Shown piece by piece: positions 22,959 through 34,736 of a stretch of DNA of 46,933 nucleotides. This DNA is from Klebsormidium nitens. Lineage: Eukaryota; Plantae; Klebsormidiophyceae. The DNA lies in NCBI GenBank assembly GCA_000708835.1, contig DF237587.1, positions 3,301 through 50,233 on the forward strand. Reading direction: 5' to 3'. The notes beneath the pieces are model-generated. The model saw only the letters and a program-made list of their open reading frames with translations, searched no databases and was not told the DNA's origin. The position numbers and the translations under genes were made by a program. Numbering within the stretch: the stretch's first letter is position 1; each line of letters begins with the position of its first letter.

Positions 22959-25900
22959 CTACTTTTGTTGTCCTGTACCCTCACGGGCCGGCTGGCCCGA
23001 TCCGGGTGCCGTTGGTTGCGGGGGACCCGCGGGACTTGGCACCTGCATGTTCATACCCACGAGAGGGCCCCTCGATTGGTCGCCCACCGTCGGCCCCATG
23101 GCCCCTCCCGTCCCCACCGCGGGGGTGGCAAGGCCCGGTCGAAGGTGGCCGGTTAACCCGCCACCTGGTCGAGGGCCGCTCGCCGGCCCCTGGGAAACAT
23201 GACCCACCAACGGTTTCACCGCTAAGGGCTCAGGTCGAGCAGGGCCCGACGACAAGGGCCCTGCTGTGGCCGGCTTCGGCACCTTGAAACTGGGCGGCGC
23301 GACGGGGGTTGCCTGCGGCGGGGCCTTTGAGACCAGGCTCGTAGTCGGAGCGGGGAGGAGTTGAGGGGCTTGAGAGGCTGGGGGCGGGGTTGGGTTTGGC
23401 TGCGGGTGGGAGGGGGGTACGACCAGAGGAGGAGCGGGGGCTGAGGAGGAAGGGGGTGGGGGTGCGGAAGCGTCGGTCATGACCGTGTCCGTGGTATGGG
23501 CTGGCGAGGCGCTGGACGGCTTCTCGTCTACCTCCATGTTGTCGCCCTGGAAAGAAGCGGACACAGCGTCAGCTTGTGGAAGTGAAGGGCAATGCAGGCG
23601 AGGATGCCTCTATAACGCCGTTGACCTTGCCGCAGAAAAGGTTACTAGTCGTTCTCACATCCGAAAAGAAGAACCGGTCCTCGAAGCTCCAGGCTTCCAA
23701 GTCCTGCCAACTCTTCGGACAAGTGGTTCTCGTGCTTTCCAAAACCAAAAGAAACACGTTGTGCACTCCTAGATCGACAAAACCACCTGTCAAGCGTTCC
23801 TTCCCCGCATATGCAACTGACCTCTGCTTCGCTGAGGTGCGCCGCCTTGACGCTCCGCCCGAGAGCGTCCACCACAGGGCCCGTAGGGGCCGGCACCTGG
23901 ATCGGTTCCGTAGTCTCTTTCTTCTTTTCCGTGGGAGGCTCGGGCTTCGCGGCAACAGGCCGCGGCTCTGGCGCCAAGGTTGGCGGCTTCCTGCAATGAT
24001 TAGAGCGCAAAAAAGTGAGATTGATGGATGGGTCAGTCTTGCAAGACGACCGTGAGCTCGTTTGAGGACGGTCAAGCGCTCAGACCTTTGCGCAGAGGCC
24101 CAGGCAGCTGCATCAGACGACCAACAAGCGGGGCTAGAGCAAGAACTCAGCCAGCAATAATCAGTCAATCTGCCGGAGTCCTAGGAACAAGCGTCTCAGC
24201 TGGATGCCCCCTTTTTTCTGCAACTCTTTCACAGCACGGTCTCCTCTATCAATCACTTCTTCGGCGTTCATCAGCAAAGTACCCCAACGGTATCGCCCAC
24301 GCCTCCACCAATCCAAGATCCGTCATAGGGCAACTGGCTGCCCATATATGTCTGGCTGCAGATACTGGCACCTTTCTATACCACCACAACAATACCACCA
24401 CAACAACAGACCGGATGGGAGTTCCACATCGACGATGCACCAAACACCCGCGACTGCAAAGGCAAGGTTTGTGACTGTTCGAGATCCTCACCACTCAGTT
24501 GGAACCATGGGCTCCTCCTTGGCCTTGCCCGCCTGCGCTGCTTTCCTCTTAGCCTCATCCTCCGCCTCCGTGGTTCCAGAGCCTTGCCAGAGATGGTCGG
24601 GAGCGTTGGGACGGGGACGTGCGCGCACCTCGGGGTCCAGGTCGTGGGGATCCTGTGAAGAGAGTATTCACACTGGTCATGCAGCCCATTGTCTTGGCTG
24701 AAGAATGGCGTCATTGGCTCGCTCACATCTGAAAGGGAAAAAGGCTGGCAGGACAGGCATGCTTGAAGATAGACGTGGATCTGACACGAGTACTGGGACG
24801 GCCCCGAAACTTCCTCCGGTTCCTGCCGGTTGTAACTTCCTGCAGCGACCTTCACCCCCCCCGAATAAGCTTGCTATCAAGGGACAACATATTATGGGAA
24901 ATACAAATTCCACATCGCAATGTCCAGGAAAGGTAAAGCTGAAGTTTGCAGATTGCTGATCCGCTTCCTGCAAAAGAAGCCGATTGCCTAAAGTGCGTGC
25001 TGCCATGTTGATACGGTTCAATCAGCACGCTAGGGTGATCAAACGCCCCCAAGTCCTGTATGCTCTACATAGACGCTTTGGAGGTGATAAACGTCAAACC
25101 GAAATCACTGCAGCGGAACCCGGTATCAAAGTGCTTAGGTCCGCACTAATCAATGTAGGCTAGAGAGAAAAACCTCTATCACGGACGCTGAAGTGAAGAA
25201 TCCAGAAATCAAACTGAAAAAGAGCTGCTAACATTCAATTGAGTTTGACATGCACATAAAAAGGTTTGATAAGGTGCGTGGGAACCCAACCAGAAGCCCA
25301 TAGAGGTGAGGCCCTGCCCACTCGGAGAAACACTGGCAAACGATGTAGCTCCCGCCTTGGACAGAGTGGAAAGGGGCGGCAGTGCTGAAGACACATGAAA
25401 CCGACCACTCATGCAGACGACACCAGAAAACCCGACAGAATGCAGCGAGCCTGCCAAGGACAGCCAGGAAATCAAAGCAGCGCCATTCTCCAACTTCAAT
25501 TTCATTCGAAATGTTCCTGCCCCTGCCCCTACCCCTGCCCCTGACGTATCTCAGCCAGTATAGGAAGCCGGCGATGATTTCCAACGACTTCTCCCTCACC
25601 TCCTCATAAATTTCGGTGTCGGGTGGGCGGTCGTAGAAGGGCACGCTGGGCGCCTGCTGCAGCTTGGAGAGGTTGTCCAGCAGGCGTGTTTTGATGGTCT
25701 CCAGCTCCTGTCGCGTGTTGAGGTTCTCCATGTTGCTGGGCAGGATGTGCAGCGTGTAGTCAGGGCCGAAGTACTCGAAGTAGTCGTTGTACGGCATCTT
25801 GTCCTCCAAGTCCACGCCCAGCGCGACGCCCGTCTGCGGGAGAAGATATAAGGTGAGGCCTACCAGAAATAAGGGGCGGGGGGCGGGAAGCGGTAGGGAG

Positions 25901-28522
25901 AAGAGCTGTTTTAGAACTGAACTTCAGCATCTTGATCTCGGCCACAGTGAGTCGCATACTGCAGGAGCACGGAAAGACGGTCATCGATCAATTAAGGAAA
26001 CGGGAAGGAATCTTGGATACCACCGAAAAGGTGGGGAGGGGGAGGAAAGAAGGAAGAGGAGAAAAAAGGTACATATTCATCCAGGTCGCGCTGCCCATCC
26101 GCACAGAAGGTGGGGGGCAATGTAAGAGTCTGGACAATCAATATGACTCGGACAGGTTCCGAAGGATACTGCAGGTAACGGATCAGGCAAGTTAGCCTCC
26201 TAGTTCAGATTGAAGGCCATCTACAGGCAAGTGAAGAAAGTGAAAATAGCTTGAAAGGGGCAACACGAGCAAGGCTTCATATACTCACATCTTTGCCCAT
26301 AATGAAACACAAGATGCAGCATGTTTGATTTAATGTGCTCTACAGGCTCGTCATATCCTTATTCAGCAGTACCAAGGGAACGAGAAATGTCACAGTGATA
26401 ATTAGTCTGAGAACTTCTGTCACTCACCTCATAGCACCAACACCGCGCCACATTCCGGATTGTGTAGCCTCCCCCACCCAGCAGCAGTAGCGGCACGTTG
26501 AAGGACCGCACAAACTTGACGCACTCTCCGTGTCCCTTGACAGACAGGTTAAAGCAGCCTAACCGATCACCCGTCAGCGAATCCGCTCCGCACTGCAGCA
26601 CGACAGCCCCCGGCTGGAAGACCTCCATCACCTGTTGAAAGAATGCAGATAGGATTTCATTTTTTGCAAGATGAAGCGCTCGTTTCTTTGAGTCCTGCAT
26701 GTCCTGAAGCTAGCTAACTGCTAGCTACACTGGCAACCTTATTTTTATTTCTTTGGATAGAGTGAAGTACCGAGCCATTGATAGCAGAAAGCCTTGAGGA
26801 TAGAATGCTAGCAGAGCTTGAAGCTCCATGTACGCAGCTAACAGTTGAGCAGACCATGTTCATATGAACACTTGGAAAGACAAAGTGCTGGCTCAAACAA
26901 GTGGCTTGGTTATCGCACAAGAAAGCAAGGCCAGATTGCCACACAACGATTTCCTTCCCGCGTATCTAAAGTGTAGGTTGATAACTCCAGGTGCAGGATT
27001 ACCAGGGTTGAGCTCCCCACCTTTCCAATGATGGGCTTGAACAAAGACTCGTAGCTGGCATCATCAATTCCATCCTTCAGCGGCACGTTCAGGGCGTAGT
27101 ATTTGCCCTTCCCATAGCCAACATCGCGCACGTCTCCTGTGCCTGGGAAGTAGTCCCCAAACTTGTGGAAGGAGACTGACATCACTCTGTCGGTGGTGTA
27201 GAACGCCTCCTCCACCCCGTCGCCATGATGGATGTCAATATCGATGTAGAGCACGCGCTGCAGATTCAACAACAAGTATGAGTTTCAAGTTCTCAACTTT
27301 CTTCTAATGAACCGGAGCATATGAGCTTTGGATCTTCCTCTATCAAGCTTCTCTTTACCTCATTGGTAGGGAAGGTACTACAAAAAGCTCCAGCTAACAC
27401 TGATGCAACACACCAGCTGAACCAGATTCTTTGCCACCACCTGCCCTAAAATGCACGTGCCTCTTACTCACATTATGGTACTTCAGCAGCTCCAGGATGG
27501 CCAGCACGATGTCGTTGATGTAGCAGAAACCGGACGCCTCGCACTTCTTGGCATGATGCAGCCCGCCTGACCAGTTGATTGCGATGTCCGAGTGCTGGTG
27601 GTTCAGCTTGACAGCACCACCAACAGAGCCCCCTGTGTACGTCTGGCAGAAGTTGAAGAGGCCGTCAAAGACGGGGCAATCTTCCCCAACATTGAAGCGC
27701 TTGAGCATCTTCAGGTTCTCATGCTGGTTCTCTGGGGTGACCATCTTTAGGAAGTCGACATAGTCATCGGCATGGAACCTGCAGTCACGAGAGGAGTGTG
27801 AGTGGCGGTCTTGTGCTCAGTCGGCCTGGCCATTGCAGTCCGTGTTGAAGCTTCTGTTATAAATCCGTCTGTTGCATCATAAGTTGATAATTTGGCACAC
27901 AAGGTAGACTGCCTGTATGCACCCTTGCTTTGTTGTTGAAGACCACATTTTGACATGAGGATCAGCCAAGGCCTGAGTGCAGTTAGCTCATGGCACTCTT
28001 TGGCAAAACCCGGGAGAAAAACGAGCTTTGCATACCTGACCAGCTCAACAAATGGATTGCATGGTGTCTGATCTCAACCTGCTCAGAACCCGAATAAGCC
28101 AATCGTCCTCACTGATTGCTAGGGAGCACCTTGCTACCAACCAGAGTGCGGAGAATGCAAGCTCATGATTACCTGCACATGTCCTTGTCCCTGGAGGGGA
28201 ACGGTCTGAAGATCTCCATCTTGTTGTAGAGACCATAGTGCAGGAGCAGGTTGTGCGTCATCCGTATTCTATGCGGCTTCATGGGGTGGCCCATCCCATA
28301 ATAGTAGTTCCCTATTTCAGGATCATAGAAGTAACTCTGCAAGAATCAAACAGAATCATTCAGTTCATGGTGGTAGGAAGAGCTGACATGTTCAAAGGCC
28401 ATCGTTGGAGGCAATGAGCTCAAGCACATGCTGTCTTGAATTTGATCCTTCACAGTCAGCAATCTGTCCTTCTTCATACCGCATGGACTTACCACTCGCT
28501 TCTTCCCTTCCGTCGCCGCCAT
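22959..28522 (-). CDS. Class I (RPD3/HDA19-like) histone deacetylase with long Pro-rich C-terminal extension, 9 exons, about 697 aa
   Basis: Exons 28522-28493, 28336-28173, 27778-27472, 27257-27021, 26631-26428, 25833-25600, 24652-24492, 23990-23822 and 23546-22959. Phases are consistent (2094 nt). Motifs: [81 protein letters not shown]. The tail exons (last three) are less certain than the catalytic ones. Confidence 0.94.
25516..25543 (-). repeat. (GGGGCA)n-type repeat with four GGGG tracts: putative G-quadruplex in HDAC intron 6
   Basis: The transcript strand reads CAGGGGCAGGGGTAGGGGCAGGGGCAGG. Confidence 0.8.
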
Positions 28523-29014
28523 CGGAATGGAACGACTGTGCTCCTTGCTAATCAACCTCAATCAATGTACTGCAAAGCGAACAGCATACACTTCAGCTCT
28601 TGTCCGAACAATTGGCAGCTCTCATTTGCTTCAGCGGCATGGTGACAACCTTCAGCTCTCAAACAATATCATAGAAAGCATTGAACATTGACAGGTTCAA
28701 TATTAGCTCACTTACATAGAAGCAAGACGCCAATGGGAGCCCGCAAATTGTAAGAAACTGCTCAAAGAGGCACCCACTACCAACTCCCGCCACCTTCAGA
28801 GAACCAAGACAACATCCCAGCTAGTAATTACCTAGAACCTCGTTGCTCATCTATTAACGAAGCTTCCCAAGCTCACCTTTAGCTTTTTGTGCGCCTCTTG
28901 TGCATCCGTTTGGGCGCCTTCTCTGATCGTCTTCCTTCTCCATCTGCCTGCACTGGCAGCCTGCACCTGCTTCGGCTTAGCTGCACTAAGGTACATTCAA
29001 GCTTTAACTCCGGC

Positions 29015-29022
29015 AAACCCTA
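29015..29022 (+). promoter_or_regulatory. Telo-box in the HDAC/HROB divergent intergenic region
   Basis: Exact AAACCCTA. Confidence 0.4.
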
Positions 29023-29506
29023 GCGACAACTTAGAGCATGGATACTCGCGCTTTTTTAGTCGGTTCTTTACACCGGCGTTAGACCAGGGCGAACTTGCAG
29101 TTAACGTCCGGCCGGTGACCCCGACGTGTCCCGCACCGGTCCAAGGTAGACAAGATTCTCCTGTCTCGGTTTGACGAACCAAAGCTGGGTTAGTGCATAG
29201 AGGCGTTGGTGGTGGAACCTGAGGTTTCAAGTTCAAGGAAGTTGCAGGAGAGAGGAGCTTGCACTTTCAAGTTTCATTCCCAGAGACGCTTCCCTTCAAA
29301 GTGGTGTTCCCAATTCCATCTTCTGCTTTGCTTCTGGCGTCAGTTGGCCATCTCTGTGGAGAACTCCTATCTGAGAGCTGATAAAGCAAGTCCACCCAGC
29401 TCCTGCATACGGCAGCCAATTGGGTGCATTGTCTGGCCCTCTTGGTTTGGCGTTGTGCTGAGTTGTGTTCTCTGATTTTGAAGGCACTTATACGGTTGAA
29501 CGTGAG

Positions 29507-32500
29507 ATGTGGGATTTTGGGGAAGATCTCGACTTTGATGACGAGGATGACGTTGGGGCGCTTCTGGCCAAAGCCAGGATAAAAGTCACAGGCCTTCCGT
29601 TGGGGCATGCTCAGAGACCAATGCAGAATACCAGCAGTGGAGGCCCAGCAAACAAAACTCCAACAGCTTCAGAAGCAAGTAATCCAGGAAATAATGTTAT
29701 GGACCGAGCTCCAACTATTAGCTCAAGCATAATTCCAATCAAGCAACGGTCTGGAAGTCCCCAGTCTTCAGGCGATCGGAGCGCTTCTTGTCCGCCTCCG
29801 CGGACACGGTTGAACAGCCGCGGCCAACCCCTGGCAAATGTCACCAATGCCATTCTCACAGCTAAGTCAGTAGGCCGCCAAGTTCCAGCTGATGTGAACC
29901 AAACGCTACAATCAAAGCACGCAGGTCAAGTGCCCCTGCGAACAACTGAGGTTTCTTCGACCCGCCTCTCGGAGCCCTTCAAAGTTCCTTTCTTGAAAGG
30001 CGCCGGCTGGCAGGGGAAGGCAGGTGGACAGGAGGCCACAGCATTCCATAAAGCTCAGGGCAGGGCTCCGGATGTTGGCAGGCAGTTCTCAAACGCATTT
30101 GCGAGCACGTCAGGTCCTGTGGACTCAGCCTCCGGGAGACGCTTCGATGCCGCCGAGAAGGGGAAGAGAATTGTGAGTCAGGTTGGGGATGGATCCATGT
30201 CTGCGCCTGCAAAAGGTCCGCCACCATCAGAGGGTGTCCTTTGCCATCGCCCGCCTGTCATTCCGGGCCCTGCTGGCGCCGTACAGAGGGCGTTGGCTCA
30301 AGGCCGCAGCTCAGCTGAGGCTCAGGGGCTAAAGGCAAGCACTTCAAAGCAGGCACCCCTCTCCCTAGACGCTCTCCCTGATGAGGACTTCTCAAAGGGA
30401 CCGTGGCTTGCAGCGCTTGACTTCATCCAGAGGGAGGGGGCCAGAACAGGTGAATGCTGCGCTTTTGAGTGCTGTCGTTTATGACAACCTTGTAAGTGCT
30501 CGACGGCTGTGCAGGGGCAAAGTGTTGAAGATCTGTGGTGCTTGAGATCTGCTCATTGTCTTCATGTTGTTTCCTGTGGATAGTTGAATGCATAGTGGTA
30601 CGCTCTTCTAATGGAAAATCGAACATTTGCAGGGGCTCTGCAGGTTACGCGATTGAGGGAGCTGCGGAAGGGGGCAACAAGCAAGAGGATAGGACATGTA
30701 AGAAGAAGCCCCCTTAAGGAACCGGTCTAATGTTTATGCTATCAGACATTGTGATACTCTCCACTGAAAGGAAAGTGGTCCGCAAGCAAGCATAGCAGTG
30801 AAGAGAAAAGGGGATGCCTGGCCTATGCCTCTCGCAAAGTTTTGCTTGTAAGCAGGGCGTTGCTGCTGACACCAGACCACTTACAACTTACTCAATTCTG
30901 CCTACCTCAGAAACTTTGAAAGAAAGAAAACAAAGAAACACAAACCGAAACGTGTTTGTACCTGCAGCTGGTGGTTATGGTCAAGTCCATGTCGCCAACA
31001 GGAGAGGGCGACATGTTTGCCATTGTCAAGGTACACGTTCTTTCTCTGAAGGGTCGCAGATCCTTCTAGCCGGATCAGATCTTGTTCATGTCTGGATTGA
31101 CGGTTTGCATGTTCTGTATCAGCATTGATTTTGATGCTGTTACTTGCGAATGGGAAAGTGCTTTCTTCTCAAAGATTGTGCCTGCTGCACAAGGGCGGCC
31201 ATCTTACAACTCATAGACGCCGTCGTTTGCGTTTCAGGATCCTAGCGGGACCTTGGAGGGCACGTTGCACAGGAAGCTGCTGGCAGATGCACAGCTGGGG
31301 CCCATCACTACAGGAACAGTGCTCGTCCTTCAGCAGGTGGGGAAATCCGTCACCCGCTTCTCATAAGGTATCGGCAATCACACGGATAAATCATATGTTT
31401 GCATCCGAACTGTCTGTTTCATCCTTAGCAGTCCCCACATTGCCAAGACATATTTCTGGACCATTTCAGGACTTCGATGATTGTTCGTCGATATGTCAAA
31501 GATCAAGGCTTTTTGCAACGTCAAAATTATAGGAAGCGAATCTAAGCTACTTGTCGTTTGCTGAAATTTTCCGGCGATACCCAGATTGACATCAACGAAC
31601 AGCTGTGGACATGATTAGTGCTTCGAGCAGATTCCAAACCACGGCATTCCCCTGATTCCTTCTCTAATCGCTTAGATGACCTATCGAGCATGCTTTAGCC
31701 TGCCAGAGAAGTCGAACCAAACCGTTTCTGTCCACCTTGCTTATAGATTTCTCAGTCACCTGCAGGTGGCGCTCTTCCGACCAGTTCCAAGGACGTGCTA
31801 CTTGAACATTGTCTCCAGCAACGTCCTCAAGGTAAGTACCACATACTGAGATTTCACAAGCCTTCGAAGTCCCATCTTCCGCTCTGATGTGAGTTTTCTC
31901 TTGTACGGAATCTCGAACCTAGCAGCTGATTCGGACAACGCTCTCGAGCATTTTTTCTGGTAGTCAATCATAGACTAGTTTGCTAACTGGGATCTTGCTC
32001 TGAGCCGTCGATTAGTGGGAGCAGGCCCAGATTCTGACACAATATTCCCTCCGTCAATCACCGTTTCTGCCATCACGTTTCGCAACGATTCCAAGTCATC
32101 GCCAAGTTTCTTGCGAGCTCCTTGTGCCAAGCCAAGCCTCGTTCACCTTACTTGGTGTTGCCGAATACTTTGTAGTCAGGCCGTCTGTAGAGGTTTGCTT
32201 GACCAATGTCAGTAAGGTCCTCATATAGATTGTAGCCATGTGAATTGGAGTTTAGGCCATGGAGCCAGAGTCGTAACTACGCAGAAGACAAGGTTCCCAT
32301 TACATCATCTGGAGCGCCGAGTTTGAAAAGGGGAGATGCTTCCAAACAAAACTTTATGAGTCAAATTTTTCGTGATGGTTTGATCGAAGTGCTCCCGTTG
32401 GTGCTTTGTAGGTCGACCGGGTCAAACGAAACGCGAACTTTCCGTAACGGCCATCTTGACCAACCCTGTCCTTAGATTTTCAAGGACGGTTGAGCAGATT

Positions 32501-33266
32501 GCCCCTCCCTTTGCAGATCTTCCCAACGAAAACCCCACGGCCAGTATCGGGTGGCAGCCTGCGGGCTTCGCCCGACCCGGCGTTGGCCGAGCCGTCCTGG
32601 GGCAACTTCGACCTTCCCACGAACAGCAACAGCTTGAAGAGTTTACCCCGGAGTCGTGAGACCGCATCAGCAGCCGGCGAGGATTTGCCCAGGAACGCAA
32701 CAAACGTCTACAACTGTGAGACACCGCAGCGCGACAGTTCGTTGAGAACATCGGCCGACTTCGCGAGGATGAAGATCGGTGACGTGGCGGGGCTTTCTAC
32801 CCGGCTAGAAGATTTGTTACCAGAGCTCCCAAGTCAGCGGACTGGCAGCGCCTCCGGTGCAATTGGCTCTGACGGTAATCCCGACACGCCTGGTCCGCCG
32901 TCAGCCACCCCTTCCGAGCTGGACAACCTTCCGTGGGGCGGTGGCGACCAGACAGCTCGCTCAAGCCGCCCCTCGGTCGCCCTCCCAGGTGCAACGCCCC
33001 GGCAGAATGCGAACCGCGGAACCCACCCAGCTGCTGCCAATGGCGGAGTGCCTGCGGGGGTCGCGATGACCAGATTGAATCTGTCAGGGAACGTGGCTTT
33101 GAGCGTGGAGCTTCCGAGCGGCGAAACCGTGCGAACGGGGCCTTCGCAGGGTAGCGGCCCAGGGCAAGGAGTGGAGAATTCGAAACGAGGGCGGGAAGCG
33201 CTGAGCGTTGACATCCAGCAGCTGTTGGCGGGGCTCGATGAGGAGGACTGGTTCATGCCGGGGTGA
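29507..33266 (+). CDS. HROB: HROB/C17orf53-like homologous-recombination OB-fold protein, 6 exons, about 661 aa
   Basis: Exons 29507-30449, 30633-30697, 30968-31030, 31238-31336, 31766-31831 and 32517-33266, with consistent phases. The central domain DFSKGPWLAAL...LVVMVKSMSPTGEGDMFAIVKDPSGTLEGTLHRKLL...GTVLVLQQVALFRPVPRTCYLNIVSSNVLKIF matches my recollection of the HROB OB-fold pattern (KDP-G---GT-HR, G-VL-L-Q, YLN----N). Flanks are low-complexity. The start codon is inferred. Confidence 0.8.
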
Positions 33267-34523
33267 GTTTCAAAGACGGTGGCTACGAATCCTGCTTTTG
33301 TGAAACTTTCCTTGGGTGGTCAACCGAGCTAGTGGCAGGTCTCGAAGGTCTGACTAGGGATTGCTAAACGTGTCAAAGTATGTCCGTAAACGATCTGGTC
33401 TATTGGCAGCTCCTGACATGCTTTGGATGGCGAGCAAGAAAAGCTGGTGCGAAGATCTGGTCCAAGTTTCTGTGTGGTTTGGCATCTTGATTGTGTCCTT
33501 TTGCCTGCTAAGTTCTCTACGCGAGTTCAGGCACGTAGCAGCTACAATCAGTCCAGCAACATCCGATGTTTGTATCCTTCCATCGAACTGCTTTAGGCAT
33601 TGGGTAAAAGTGATCAGCCCCTTCTCCTGCTGCATCTTGTAGGGAGGACGCTCTACCTCCGAACAAGAAGTCGCGTGAGCTTGAGGAAAGCTTGCCCTTC
33701 TAGAAGGATAGTCCGCTGCTTGCGGTTTGTCAAAGAATGATCATACAGAGCTTTGATACTGAAGAATGCCCTTACATGATAGGACGGCAGCATCCCAAAG
33801 TTCTGCTAAACGCCGAGGTTGCCTTTTGAAGCAGACCACTGAAAATCTGGTGTACACCGTCGCTGTGCTTGCATGCTTGCAATGTCAGTGCACTAGGCTT
33901 TCTTAGGACGACTGACAAGATTCTAGGGCAAAGTCGAGGCAGCTTTTTCTTGGAAGAGTTCACTGCCAGTCTGGCAAGTAAGATCGTCAGAAGAAGAGAT
34001 TCACGTCGTAGTTTGTCCCCCCTGCAAAGGTGCGCGAAGGTTGCGGACTTACTCGTGCCCGCTGCCATGCTTCATGTGTTTGGACCGTAGCTGGCACATG
34101 ATTTTATATGCGCTCTATCATCCTATCATCTCGCTTGTAATCCGTCATATGTGCCGTGCAGCTGCTTCAACCATGTGTCATACGATCAGTTATCAAGCCT
34201 TTTATCTTGATCTGCATGGCTTAGTAGCTGGACGGTCGGCCCTACGTCGCCCACTGAGGTGCACTCTAGATTGAACGGCAAGAGCTAATCCGGTCGTGCG
34301 GGCGCCCAGCGCATCGTGCTGAATTTGATCATGATGACGGCTTGATCGGATGCAGCACACTGCAGCCGACGGTCTTGCTTACATTCGGACTAAGTTATGA
34401 CCTTGAAGCATAGGGTATTGCATTATACCTAGCAATACCTTGCATCATCATTGTTGCAATGTTGGGACGGCCCTATAAATTAGGTCAAAGACGATCTGCC
34501 AATGATACATATACCGTACTTAA

Positions 34524-34546
34524 TTAGGGTTTGAGTGTTAGGGTTT
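34524..34546 (-). promoter_or_regulatory. Paired telo-boxes upstream of RabC
   Basis: TTAGGGTTT at 34524-34532 and 34538-34546 (AAACCCTAA on the minus strand). A TATA-like CTATAAAT lies about 50 nt upstream. Confidence 0.55.
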
Positions 34547-34736
34547 GGAACGAAAACATTGCATGATCGAAGACTGCACATGCGTCAAAGAAGTTCACAT
34601 CTTCCCGGAGGCCTTTCTTCACAGCAGAGCGCAGCTAGAAGAGCGGGAGAGCGAGCTGGAAAGATTAGCCAATTGAGCATCCCCCACGTCTTGCCAAAGT
34701 GACAGGCTTACAAGGTGTTGGCGCAAAAGGTCAGCA

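Noticed and set aside
32015-32215. ORF in HROB intron 5 containing IFPPS, as an alternative to exon 6
   Set aside because: No AG acceptor directly before the IFP codons. The acceptor at 32516 gives a clean continuation.
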